NCBI GenBank assembly: GCA_017472695.1
Contig: JAFUOQ010000001.1
Location: forward strand, 32,103 to 96,102
Direction of reading: 5' to 3'
Source of the DNA: Clostridia bacterium
GTDB taxonomy: Bacteria; Bacillota; Clostridia; Oscillospirales; CAG-272
Length of the DNA stretch: 64,000 nt
The stretch's first letter is position 1, and each line of letters opens with the position of its first letter. Of this stretch, positions 40,047-49,365 are shown piece by piece. Under the pieces are notes generated by a model that saw only the letters and a list, made by a program, of their open reading frames with translations, was not told the DNA's origin and did not search any database. The translations under genes and the position numbers were made by a program.

Positions 40047-40787
40047 ATGATTAGAGTAACAGTATGGAACGAGTATGTTCATGAGCTTAAGGACGAGACA
40101 GTTGCAAAGATTTATCCAAAGGGAATACATAATGCAATTGCTGAATTTCTTGGTGCAAACGAGGATATCACTGTAAAAACAGCATCACTTCATGACGAAA
40201 ACGGCGAGCTTGTGCCTAATGCGGGTATTACAGATGAGCTTCTTGAAAATACCGATGTCATGATTTGGTGGGGACATGTGGACCACGGCTCTGTGCCTGA
40301 TGAAATAGCAATTAAGGTAAAGGAAGCAGTGCTTGGTGGAATGGGAATTATATTCCTTCACTCTGCACACCATTCAAAGCCATTCAAGCTTTTGATGGGC
40401 ACAACCTGCAACCTTGGTTGGCGCGAAAGCAATGATAAAGAAAGACTATGGATTTTGGATCACAACCATCCAATTATGGCTGGTGTTGAGGGAAGATATT
40501 TTGAGCTTGAGGCAGAGGAAACATACTCCGAGCCATTTGGTATTCCTGACCCCGATAAGCTTCTTCTTGTTGGCTGGTACAATGGTGGTGAGGTTTTCCG
40601 TTCTGGCTGTATTTGGCACAGAGAAAATGGAAAGGTGTTCTATTTCCAACCAGGTCACGAAACATTTCCAACCTTCCATAACCCAACAGTTCAAAGGATT
40701 ATTACAAACGCAGTTAGATGGGCAAATCCTGTTTGCCCAAGAGTAAAGCTTGAATGCCCTTGGATTGCAAGAATTGAGAAAAAATAA
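40047..40787 (+). CDS. ThuA-domain (trehalose-utilisation-like, GATase1-fold) protein
   Basis: MIRVTVWNEYVHE...YPKGIHNAIAEFL N-terminus typical of ThuA-like proteins. It is paired with a Gfo/Idh/MocA oxidoreductase. Confidence 0.72.
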   Translation: MIRVTVWNEYVHELKDETVAKIYPKGIHNAIAEFLGANEDITVKTASLHDENGELVPNAGITDELLENTDVMIWWGHVDHGSVPDEIAIKVKEAVLGGMGIIFLHSAHHSKPFKLLMGTTCNLGWRESNDKERLWILDHNHPIMAGVEGRYFELEAEETYSEPFGIPDPDKLLLVGWYNGGEVFRSGCIWHRENGKVFYFQPGHETFPTFHNPTVQRIITNAVRWANPVCPRVKLECPWIARIEKK

Positions 40788-41812
40788 TGGTTAAAATTGG
40801 TATTGTAGGCGCAGGCAAGATTTGTCAAGGACCACATATGGGCGCCTATGACAAGATTGAAAATGCTAAAATTGTTGCAATTTGTGACATAGATGAAAAA
40901 AAGCTTGAGGCAGTAGGCAAAAGATATCCAGATGCAAAGCGTTATACCGACTATCATGAAATGATAGATAATGAGGAGCTCGATGCAGTTGACATTTGTA
41001 CTCCAAATAACTATCACTCAATCGTCGCAATTTATGCCTTAAATAAAGGTCTTAATGTTATTTGCGAAAAGCCCGATGCTATAAACGCAGAGGAAGCAGA
41101 GAAGATGAAGCAGGCTGCCGAGAAAAACGGCAAAACCTTGATGGTTATAAGAAATAATCGTTATCGCCCAACTACAAAATTCCTAAAGGAATATATTAAA
41201 GAGGGAAAAATGGGCGAGATATATGCAGGTCGCTGTGGCTGGATAAGACGCCGTGGTATTCCTGGCTGGGGCGGTTGGTTTACTGACAAGGCTCAATCTG
41301 GTGGTGGACCACTTATAGACCTTGGCGTTCACATCATTGACCTAGCCATGTATTTAATGGGTAATCCGAAGCCTGTTACTGTTAGTGGTACAACATATTC
41401 AAAATTTGCTCATACCTCATATTCAAAGACCGATGTTGAGGATTTAGCAATGGGATTTATCCGTTTTGATAATGGTGCATGCTTGCAAATTGAATTTTCT
41501 TGGGCATCAAATATTGAATGTGACCAAATGTTCGTAGAGCTTCGCGGTGAAAAGGCAGGCTCTCGTATGTCAGGCATTGATAGAAAATTCGAGGTTTTCA
41601 CTGAAGAGTGTGGCACAAATGTTACATTAAAGCCCGCAGTTGATGACTATAATTGCCCACCACATCACGAAATGAATATTCGTCACTTTATTGATGTAAT
41701 TGAGGGCAAGTGTGAGCCTGATTTTACACCCCAGCAAGGTGTTAATATGGTAAAAATTCTTGATGCAATTTATAAATCCGCTGAATTAGGACACGAAATA
41801 TCATTAGACTAA
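40787..41812 (+). CDS. Gfo/Idh/MocA-family NAD(P)-dependent oxidoreductase
   Basis: N-terminal Rossmann motif KIGIVGAGKI and EKP motif (ICEKPDA). The start overlaps the ThuA stop. Confidence 0.85.
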   Translation: MVKIGIVGAGKICQGPHMGAYDKIENAKIVAICDIDEKKLEAVGKRYPDAKRYTDYHEMIDNEELDAVDICTPNNYHSIVAIYALNKGLNVICEKPDAINAEEAEKMKQAAEKNGKTLMVIRNNRYRPTTKFLKEYIKEGKMGEIYAGRCGWIRRRGIPGWGGWFTDKAQSGGGPLIDLGVHIIDLAMYLMGNPKPVTVSGTTYSKFAHTSYSKTDVEDLAMGFIRFDNGACLQIEFSWASNIECDQMFVELRGEKAGSRMSGIDRKFEVFTEECGTNVTLKPAVDDYNCPPHHEMNIRHFIDVIEGKCEPDFTPQQGVNMVKILDAIYKSAELGHEISLD

Positions 41813-41818
41813 TTTTCA

Positions 41819-41852
41819 ACTCGATAGCCAAACGGCTATCGAGTTTTTCTTT
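41819..41852 (+). terminator. intrinsic terminator
   Basis: actcgatagcc/ggctatcgagt 11-bp stem followed by TTTTTCTTTTT. Confidence 0.85.
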
Positions 41853-41916
41853 TTATATTGATTTTTAAATAAAATAATGGTAAAATATAGTGTAAGTACC
41901 AATTAAGGAGGAGACT

Positions 41917-42741
41917 ATGGGAGTAGTAATTGGAATTGACATTGGCGGTAGCACTACAAAAATTGTAGGCTTTGATCAAAACAAAAAGCTTATTGAACCT
42001 ATGTTCGTTACAGCAGATGACCCAATCACATCAGTTTATGGTGCGTTTGGTAAGTTCACAGACAAGAACGGACTTGGACTTAACGATATAGATAAGGTTA
42101 TGATAACAGGTGTTGGCTCGTCATATATCACAAAGCCAATTTATGGACTTGAATGCGTTCACACACCTGAATTTAAAAGCATTGGACTTGGTGGACTTTA
42201 TCTCTCGTCCTTCAATGATGCTATAATTGTTAGCCTTGGCACAGGTACTGCGCTAGTTCATGCAAAGCGTGGCTATGCACCGGAATACTTGGGTGGTACT
42301 GGCGTTGGTGGAGGTACTCTTGTTGGTCTTTCCTCAAAGCTTTTGAGTATTAGGAAGACAGAAAGCATTGACGACTTGGCAAAACAGGGTGATATTAAAA
42401 ACATCGACCTTCGTATCTCTGATATCTCTAAAAAGGATATGGGACTTAGCTCTCATATGACTGCATCAAACTTCGGTAAAATAAGCGAAACTGCAACCAA
42501 TAGCGATTTAGCATTAGGTCTTATCAATATGGTTTTTGAAACAGTTGGTATGATTTCATATTTTGCCGCAAAGCAGTATAATATAAAGGACATTGTTTTA
42601 ACAGGAAACTTGACACAAATCTCACAAGCGCCTGAAATTTTTGACGGACTCAATAAGATGTTTAATATGAACTTTATTATTCCTGAAAAGGCTCAATATA
42701 GTACAGTTATAGGTGCTGCGCTTTCATCATTTGAAAAATAA
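41917..42741 (+). CDS. coaW: type II pantothenate kinase
   Basis: ASKHA-fold motifs IGIDIGGSTTKIV, GTGVGGGTLVGL, GDIKNIDLRISDI and MTASNFG parallel the staphylococcal type II PanK sequence as remembered. Confidence 0.8.
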   Translation: MGVVIGIDIGGSTTKIVGFDQNKKLIEPMFVTADDPITSVYGAFGKFTDKNGLGLNDIDKVMITGVGSSYITKPIYGLECVHTPEFKSIGLGGLYLSSFNDAIIVSLGTGTALVHAKRGYAPEYLGGTGVGGGTLVGLSSKLLSIRKTESIDDLAKQGDIKNIDLRISDISKKDMGLSSHMTASNFGKISETATNSDLALGLINMVFETVGMISYFAAKQYNIKDIVLTGNLTQISQAPEIFDGLNKMFNMNFIIPEKAQYSTVIGAALSSFEK

Positions 42742-42742
42742 G

Positions 42743-43753
42743 ATGTATAAAGACAAAGTAAAATTAGAAACATTAAAAAAGATAAGAGACGAAAACTTTG
42801 CGATTTTTCGCGCAGTTGCCACATACTTAAATGAATTTCCTCGCCTTGTAACTAATAAAATAATGGAGGAAATTGTTGGGGACGTGTCTGGAATTGAAGA
42901 GTCATCATTTGCTCTTTTTCTGTCAACTGCATTAAGCGAAAATGACACAGAGGCAAAGCATTTTGAAAGAGAATATTTTAAAAAATCCGTCAAACTGTTA
43001 AGCGTCGAGGAATATAAAAATAACCCATACTTCAAAAATATTAAAATCCCCAATAAAAAGGTTAGCACTTGGGAGCTAGGATACCAAAGCTACGAGCCTT
43101 ATGAGGGTTTTATATATGACGATATCGATGTTTTTGATAACTATCGAGAAATTCCTAAAATTGGATTTTTCAAGGAGCGGTTCTCCTTTCCAACGGTTTT
43201 TGAGGACGGAGTTGAGTGGATGGCGATAAAACCAAACGAAATTGAAACAATGAAGCCTCATATTGAAAAAATGTCGGGGGATGTGGTTGTTTTTGGGCTT
43301 GGAATTGGCTATTTTACATATATGGTAAGCCAAAAGGCAGACGTCACATCCATCACTGTTGTAGAGCGCGATTCAAGCGTGATAAGACTTTTTGAAAAAT
43401 ATATTTTGCCGCAGTTTGAAAACAAGGATAAAATAAAAATTGTAAAAAGTGATGCATTTATTTACGCACAAAAGCAAATGACAAATGAAAAATTTGATTG
43501 CGCCTTTGTTGACCTATGGCACGATGTTTCTGACGGAGTGGAGCTCTATATCAAAATGAAAAAGCTTGAAGCAAAAAGCCCAAGCACCAAATTTTATTAT
43601 TGGATAGAAAAGTCAATTCTATCAAACATCCGTTGGCATATTTTTGATGGCATTGAAAAGCAAATTGAAAACAGAAAATTCACCGAGCCATATGAAAGCA
43701 TTGTAAAATACATTAGCGATGATTATCTTAAAAATTTTGTAAAATTTTTATAA
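42743..43753 (+). CDS. spermidine-synthase-like / class I SAM-MTase-fold protein, unknown function
   Basis: Rossmann-like VVVFGLGIGYF ... VVERD ... FDCAFVDLW pattern in the C-terminal half, with an unrecognised N-terminal ~170 aa. The ATG lies 1 nt after the coaW stop, with no clear RBS. Confidence 0.5.
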   Translation: MYKDKVKLETLKKIRDENFAIFRAVATYLNEFPRLVTNKIMEEIVGDVSGIEESSFALFLSTALSENDTEAKHFEREYFKKSVKLLSVEEYKNNPYFKNIKIPNKKVSTWELGYQSYEPYEGFIYDDIDVFDNYREIPKIGFFKERFSFPTVFEDGVEWMAIKPNEIETMKPHIEKMSGDVVVFGLGIGYFTYMVSQKADVTSITVVERDSSVIRLFEKYILPQFENKDKIKIVKSDAFIYAQKQMTNEKFDCAFVDLWHDVSDGVELYIKMKKLEAKSPSTKFYYWIEKSILSNIRWHIFDGIEKQIENRKFTEPYESIVKYISDDYLKNFVKFL

Positions 43754-43781
43754 AGACTTGCTTTTGCAGGTCTTTAAATTA

Positions 43782-43858
43782 CTACCTGTGGCGTAGTTGG
43801 ATAGCGCGCAAGATTCCGATTCTTGAGGTCGTAGGTTCGAATCCTATCAGGTAGACCA
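43782..43858 (+). tRNA. tRNA-Arg (anticodon CCG), CCA encoded
   Basis: Hand-folded cloverleaf: acceptor ctacctg/caggtag, D stem gcgt/gcgc, anticodon stem caaga/tcttg with loop TTCCGAT, T arm gtagg-ttcgaat-cctat, discriminator A + CCA. Confidence 0.88.
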
Positions 43859-43887
43859 AAAAGCCCTTTGGGGCTTTTCTTTTTTTT
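43859..43887 (+). terminator. intrinsic terminator after the tRNA
   Basis: agccc/gggct stem followed by TTTTCTTTTTTT. Confidence 0.75.
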
Positions 43888-44008
43888 AGTAAAATTGACT
43901 TGAAACAATTGCTTTGAAAAAAATTAAATATTTATAATAAAATATTTGAAATTTTAAATGCAGTATGCTACAATAGAGATAAAGTATCTTTATAAAGGAG
44001 CAAATACT

Positions 44009-45682
44009 ATGCTTTCAGACATCGAAATTGCACAAAGTGCAAAATTAAGTCACATTTCCGAAATTGCAAACCAAATCGGATTACTCCCTGAGGAGTACGA
44101 GCCTTACGGACATTATAAGGCAAAAATCACGGACAAGTTCCTTGATAGAATGTCAACTAAAAAGGACGGCAAGCTGATTTTAGTTACAGCCATTAACCCA
44201 ACTCCGGCAGGCGAGGGTAAGACCACAACTACCGTTGGTCTTGGTATGGCTATGAGTAAGATAGGCAAAAAGACAATTATCGCCCTTCGTGAGCCTTCAC
44301 TTGGACCTGTTTTTGGTATTAAGGGTGGCGCTGCAGGTGGTGGTTACGCACAGGTTCTTCCTATGGAGGATATCAACCTTCACTTCACAGGTGACTTTCA
44401 CGCAATTACAACCGCAAATAACCTTCTTTCCGCTGTAATTGATAACCACATTCAACAGGGCAACCAGCTCGGTATCGACCAAAGAAGAATTTTATTTTCT
44501 CGTGTTCTCGATATGAATGACAGAGCTCTTCGCGGTGTTGTCGTTGGCTTGGGTGGCAAGCCTGACGGTGTTCCTCGTGAGGACCATTTTATGATTACTG
44601 TTGCAAGTGAAATTATGGCTATTCTATGCCTTAGCGAGTCAATTTCTGACCTTAAGGAAAGACTTGGTAAAATTCTAGTTGCTTATAAATACGACGGCAC
44701 TCCTGTTTATTGTAAGGATCTCGGTGTTAACGGCGCTATGGCGGCAGTTCTTAAGGACGCATTAAAGCCAAACCTCGTTCAAACACTCGAAAACACTCCT
44801 GCAATTATTCACGGTGGTCCATTTGCAAATATCGCACACGGCTGTAATTCTGTAAGAGCTACAAAATTGGCTCTTAAGCTTGCAGATTACACAATCACAG
44901 AGGCTGGCTTTGGTGCTGACCTCGGTGCTGAAAAATTCTTTGACATCAAGTGTCGCTTTGCTAACCTAAAGCCTAAATGCGTTGTTTTAGTTGCAACAGT
45001 TCGCGCACTTAAATACAATGGCGGAGTTCCAAAGGCAGAGCTCGCGGGTGAGAATGTTGATGCCCTCAAAAAAGGTGCGGTTAACCTCGAGGCTCACATT
45101 GATAATCTACAAAAATACGGCGTTCCTGTTGTTGTTGCTATTAACCGCTTTGGCACAGATACAGAGGCTGAGCTCAAGGCGGTTAAGGAAATTTGTATCG
45201 CCAAGGGCGCAGACTTTGCACTCTCCGAGGTGTTCGCACACGGCTCCGAGGGTGGCATTGAGCTTGCAAATAAGGTTGTTGAGGCTTGTGAAAAGCCAAG
45301 CAACTTCAAGGTTCTTTATCCCGATGAAATGTCAATTATGGATAAGATAAGAACAGTAGCAAAGGAAATCTATGGTGCAAAGGATGTTAAGTTTGACGCA
45401 AAGGCAGAGAAGGCTATAAAGGAATTTGAAGCTCTAGACCCAGCTTACGCTCGTTTCCCGGTTTGTATGGCAAAAACACAGTATTCACTTTCTGATGACC
45501 CTACAAAATTGGGCAGACCTACCGACTTTACATTAACTGTACGCGAGGTTAAGTTGTCTGCTGGTGCTGGCTTTATCGTAGCTCTAACTGGTGCAATTAT
45601 GACAATGCCAGGACTACCAAAAGCTCCTGCCGCACTTAATATTGACGTTGACGATAACGGAAAAATAACAGGACTTTTCTAA
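44009..45682 (+). CDS. fhs: formate--tetrahydrofolate ligase
   Basis: [10 protein letters not shown]-terminus and [16 protein letters not shown]-loop. ATG 44009 follows AAAGGAG. The track start at 43958 is an extension. Confidence 0.95.
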   Translation: MLSDIEIAQSAKLSHISEIANQIGLLPEEYEPYGHYKAKITDKFLDRMSTKKDGKLILVTAINPTPAGEGKTTTTVGLGMAMSKIGKKTIIALREPSLGPVFGIKGGAAGGGYAQVLPMEDINLHFTGDFHAITTANNLLSAVIDNHIQQGNQLGIDQRRILFSRVLDMNDRALRGVVVGLGGKPDGVPREDHFMITVASEIMAILCLSESISDLKERLGKILVAYKYDGTPVYCKDLGVNGAMAAVLKDALKPNLVQTLENTPAIIHGGPFANIAHGCNSVRATKLALKLADYTITEAGFGADLGAEKFFDIKCRFANLKPKCVVLVATVRALKYNGGVPKAELAGENVDALKKGAVNLEAHIDNLQKYGVPVVVAINRFGTDTEAELKAVKEICIAKGADFALSEVFAHGSEGGIELANKVVEACEKPSNFKVLYPDEMSIMDKIRTVAKEIYGAKDVKFDAKAEKAIKEFEALDPAYARFPVCMAKTQYSLSDDPTKLGRPTDFTLTVREVKLSAGAGFIVALTGAIMTMPGLPKAPAALNIDVDDNGKITGLF

Positions 45683-45683
45683 A

Positions 45684-46121
45684 ATGAAAAAAATCTATAA
45701 AACAACCTCTCCAGAGGAAACGGAGAATATCGCTCGTGAATTTGCCAATGGGTTGGACAAAAATACACCACAGTTTATCGCTATGTATGGCGACCTGGGT
45801 GTAGGCAAAACCGCTTTTGTACGTGGCATTGCAAGCAAGCTCGCACCCGAGGCAAGGGTGAAGAGCCCAACCTATACAGTTGTAAATGAATATCGTGGTA
45901 CAAATTTGCCACTTTATCACTTTGACGTTTATAGAATAGAGGGCGAGGACGACCTTTATTCCATTGGCTTCTATGAATACTTACAAAAAGGGATTTGCGT
46001 TACTGAATGGAGCGAAAATATTGAAGATGCCATTCCAAAAAACGCACACCGTGTAACCATTGAACGCGGAGAAAATCCGGAAAATGAAAGAATAATTACA
46101 ATCGAGGAGTATAAGGGATGA
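45684..46121 (+). CDS. tsaE: tRNA t6A37 biosynthesis ATPase TsaE
   Basis: 145 aa with P-loop GDLGVGKT and the SPTYT motif. Confidence 0.85.
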   Translation: MKKIYKTTSPEETENIAREFANGLDKNTPQFIAMYGDLGVGKTAFVRGIASKLAPEARVKSPTYTVVNEYRGTNLPLYHFDVYRIEGEDDLYSIGFYEYLQKGICVTEWSENIEDAIPKNAHRVTIERGENPENERIITIEEYKG

Positions 46122-46804
46122 AAATACTCGCTCTTGATTCCACCGCAAAAACCTCAACTGTTGCAGTTTTGGAAAACGATACCCTTTTAGGGCTTTATTC
46201 CGCTAATATTCAAAACACGCATAGTGAAACGCTTTTACCTATGGTAAAATCAATTTTGGAATCACTAAAGCTTACAAACGATGATATAGATGCCTACGCA
46301 GTGTCAGAAGGTCCCGGTTCCTTTACTGGAGTGCGCATAGGTGTTGCAACCATAAAGGGACTTGCTTTTTCAAGAAACAAGCCCTGCGTTGGTGTTAGCA
46401 CTATTGAGGCTCTTGCTGAAAATTTGGCGGGGACAGAGGGTGTTGTTTGCCCTATAATGAATGCCCGTCGTGGACAGGTTTATACAGGCGCATTTTTAAA
46501 TGGTGAGCGTTTTATTGATGATTGCTGTATGATGCTTGATGAACTGATTCCTATGCTTGAGAACAAGGGTGTACCTATCTATTTTAATGGCGATGGCTAC
46601 GACCTTGTTTTAGATAAAAATATTGCGAATTTTAGACACACCCCCGAGCTTTTGAGGTATCAAAGCGCGTATTCCGTGGGTAAAATCGCATATAAAAAAT
46701 TAATTAGCTCGGAGTATGTCAGCGACACCAACCTTCGAGTAGAATACTTGCGTAAGGCACAAGCCGAGCGCGAAAGAGAAGAACGACTTGGAGGAAAAAA
46801 CTAA
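46118..46804 (+). CDS. tsaB: tRNA t6A37 biosynthesis protein TsaB
   Basis: MKILALDST... ASKHA-like N-terminus with GPGSFTGVRIG. The start overlaps the tsaE stop. Confidence 0.85.
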   Translation: MKILALDSTAKTSTVAVLENDTLLGLYSANIQNTHSETLLPMVKSILESLKLTNDDIDAYAVSEGPGSFTGVRIGVATIKGLAFSRNKPCVGVSTIEALAENLAGTEGVVCPIMNARRGQVYTGAFLNGERFIDDCCMMLDELIPMLENKGVPIYFNGDGYDLVLDKNIANFRHTPELLRYQSAYSVGKIAYKKLISSEYVSDTNLRVEYLRKAQAEREREERLGGKN

Positions 46805-47259
46805 TGGCAAGAACAATTGCAATTGCGTGTGACCACGCAGCGCTCGACTTGAAGGGCGAAATCATTAAACATTTAGAGGCTAATGGCGTTGAATATGTTG
46901 ACTACGGAACATATACTCCAGATAGCTGTAACTATCCTGATTATGCAGAAAAGGTATGTAAGGCTGTATATGAGGGACAACAGGATATGGGCATCTTGGT
47001 TTGTGGTACAGGCATCGGTATGAGTATGGCTGCAAACAAGTGTAAGGGCATTCGTGCTGCACTTTGCTCCGACACATTCTCTGCAAAATTTACTCGTTTG
47101 CATAACGATGCAAATGTGCTATGTATGGGCGCAAGAGTTTTGGGTGCTGGCTTGGCACTTGAAATCGTTGATATGTTTATAAATACTGACTTCGAGGGTG
47201 GCAGACATCAGCTTCGCGTTGATATGATTACCGCACTTGAAGAAAAATTAAGCAAATAA
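46804..47259 (+). CDS. rpiB: ribose-5-phosphate isomerase B
   Basis: RpiB/LacAB family: IAIACDHAALDLK and CGTGIGMSMAANK. Confidence 0.88.
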   Translation: MARTIAIACDHAALDLKGEIIKHLEANGVEYVDYGTYTPDSCNYPDYAEKVCKAVYEGQQDMGILVCGTGIGMSMAANKCKGIRAALCSDTFSAKFTRLHNDANVLCMGARVLGAGLALEIVDMFINTDFEGGRHQLRVDMITALEEKLSK

Positions 47260-47276
47260 TTTAAGGAGATACATAA

Positions 47277-48737
47277 ATGAAAAAGGTTTATTTTATCACA
47301 GGTAGCCAAGATCTATATGGTGAAGAGGTTCTTTTACAGGTTGCCGAGGACTCAAAGGTTATTGCAAAATATTTAAATGAAAAAATTAACGGAGTCGAAA
47401 TCGAATACTGCTCCACTGTGAGAGACGAGGCTAGCTGTGTTGAGGCTTGCAAAAAAGCATCAAACGACGAGGATTGTATCGCAGTTATCACTTGGATGCA
47501 TACCTTCTCACCTGCTAAAATGTGGATTAAGGGACTTCAATTCCTTACCAAGCCACTCCTTCATTTCCATACTCAAGCAAATGAAAAGCTTCCATATGAC
47601 GAAATCGATATGGACTTTATGAACCTTAACCAAACAGCTCACGGTGGTCGTGAATACGGCTTTATGTGTACTCGTCTTGGCGTTAAGCGCGAGGTTATCG
47701 TTGGCTACTATCAACACGAAGAGGTTATCGAAAAGATTAAAAAATTCATTGATGTTGCTAGAGCTGTTGACTTTTCAAAGAACCTTAATGTTGCTATGTT
47801 TGGTAGCAATATGAGAGAGGTTTCAGTTACCGATGGTGATAGAGTAGAAAGCCAAATTAAGTACGGCTGGAACGTTAACTACTACGGCATTGGCGACCTC
47901 GTTGCACTTGTTAACCAAGTAACAGAGGATGAGCTCGATGCTAAAATGGCAGAGTATAACGAGCTTTATGTAATAAATACAGATAACATAGATGCAGTTA
48001 AGGAGCAAGCAAAGTACGAAATCGCACTTGATAAGTTCTTAACAGCAGGTAACTTTGGTGCGTTTACAGATACATTCCAAGACCTACACGGTATGCGTCA
48101 GCTCCCTGGCCTTGCAACTCAAAGAATGATGGCAAAGGGAATCGGCTTCGGCGCAGAGGGTGACTATAAAACATCTGCACTTAACGCAATCTTCTGCGAA
48201 ATGGCAAAGGGGAGAAAGGGCTCAACAGGCTTTATGGAGGACTATACCTACGACTTTACAAGAGGTGATGAGGTTGTACTCGGCTCTCACATGCTTGAGG
48301 TTTCTCCTGACTTTGCATCAACCAAGCCAAAGATTGAGGTTCACCACCTTGGTATAGGTGGAAAAGAGCCACCGGCAAGACTTGTGTTTGACGGTGTTGA
48401 GGGCGACGGCGTTGCTGTATGTATGATTGATATGGGTAACCGCTTCCGTCTTATCTGTGCGAAGGTTGAGCTTGTAAAGCAACCAAAGGAAATGCCAAAG
48501 CTCCCAGTTGCTAGAATTATGTGGAAGCTAAAGCCGGACCATAAAACAGGCGCAGCAGCTTGGATTTATGCAGGTGGTGCGCACCACACAGTTGTGTCAA
48601 CTGCACTCACAGTAGACGACATTAAGCTCTTTGCAAAGCTCACAGATACCGAGCTTGTTGTAATCGATGAGAACACAGACCTCTATAAGCTACAACAAGA
48701 ATTGGAAATACTTGACTTGTTAGCAAAAATCAAATGA
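47277..48737 (+). CDS. araA: L-arabinose isomerase
   Basis: N-terminus VYFITGSQDLYGEEVL parallels E. coli AraA (FVIGSQHLYGPETL). 486 aa. Confidence 0.85.
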   Translation: MKKVYFITGSQDLYGEEVLLQVAEDSKVIAKYLNEKINGVEIEYCSTVRDEASCVEACKKASNDEDCIAVITWMHTFSPAKMWIKGLQFLTKPLLHFHTQANEKLPYDEIDMDFMNLNQTAHGGREYGFMCTRLGVKREVIVGYYQHEEVIEKIKKFIDVARAVDFSKNLNVAMFGSNMREVSVTDGDRVESQIKYGWNVNYYGIGDLVALVNQVTEDELDAKMAEYNELYVINTDNIDAVKEQAKYEIALDKFLTAGNFGAFTDTFQDLHGMRQLPGLATQRMMAKGIGFGAEGDYKTSALNAIFCEMAKGRKGSTGFMEDYTYDFTRGDEVVLGSHMLEVSPDFASTKPKIEVHHLGIGGKEPPARLVFDGVEGDGVAVCMIDMGNRFRLICAKVELVKQPKEMPKLPVARIMWKLKPDHKTGAAAWIYAGGAHHTVVSTALTVDDIKLFAKLTDTELVVIDENTDLYKLQQELEILDLLAKIK

Positions 48738-48779
48738 TAAAAAGAAACCGCACACGCGATTCTTTTCGTTATAATAATG

Positions 48780-48811
48780 AAAGAAACCACTCAACGGGTG
48801 GTTTCTTTTTT
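48780..48811 (+). terminator. intrinsic terminator downstream of araA
   Basis: gaaaccac/gtggtttc stem followed by TTTTTT. Confidence 0.8.
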
Positions 48812-49272
48812 GTATTAAACAAAACGAGCCTCCCCTTGTCAGGGGAGGAATAGAAGGAGGGGTAGTTTTCTTGAAAATCTCGAGTTTTTGCTCTAAATTC
48901 TAATTGAGAGCTAAAATTCTCATACAGACCCATTCGACTACACTACGTTTCGCTCAGGGTGACAAAGTGAATTACTAAATGCAAAAATGTTCATTCTGTC
49001 ATTTCGACCGAGCGCAGTGAGCGGAGAAATTTCAAAAAGAAAAACGCCCTTGTCATTCCGAGCCTGTCTAGAAATTCGAAATGCAAGAATTCACAAAAAA
49101 TTAACATTTAAACTAAATTTGTATAAATTGCCCCAAAATTACATTTATATTTTATAACAATACTTTGCGAAAATGTTTTTTGAGCCGACAAGTGTTTAAT
49201 TTTTCCAAAATCAAAAAATAAAAAATAACATATTTTAATATGTTTTTATGCATTTTTCACAAAAACAAACCA

Positions 49273-49288
49273 TTTTTTTTTTTTTTTT
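49273..49288 (+). repeat. T16 homopolymer tract
   Basis: Sixteen consecutive T residues ending 7 nt upstream of the -35 box of the LRR-protein promoter. Confidence 0.97.
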
Positions 49289-49295
49289 GTTCAAC

Positions 49296-49324
49296 TTGAC
49301 AGTTTTCCACACTTGTGTTAAAAT
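49296..49324 (+). promoter_or_regulatory. promoter of the LRR surface protein gene
   Basis: TTGACA, 17-nt spacer, TGtTAAAAT extended -10. Confidence 0.55.
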
Positions 49325-49365
49325 AATATCATAATAAACGCGAAAAGCGTAAAAAGGAGAAAATT

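Noticed and set aside
48866-49095. XhoI (ctcgag), XbaI (tctaga) and EcoRI (gaattc) sites close together in the araA-LRR spacer, which raised the thought of a cloning scar.
   Set aside because: No vector-like sequence, polylinker order or selectable marker is present. Three 6-mers in ~230 nt among the many possible palindromic hexamers is compatible with chance.
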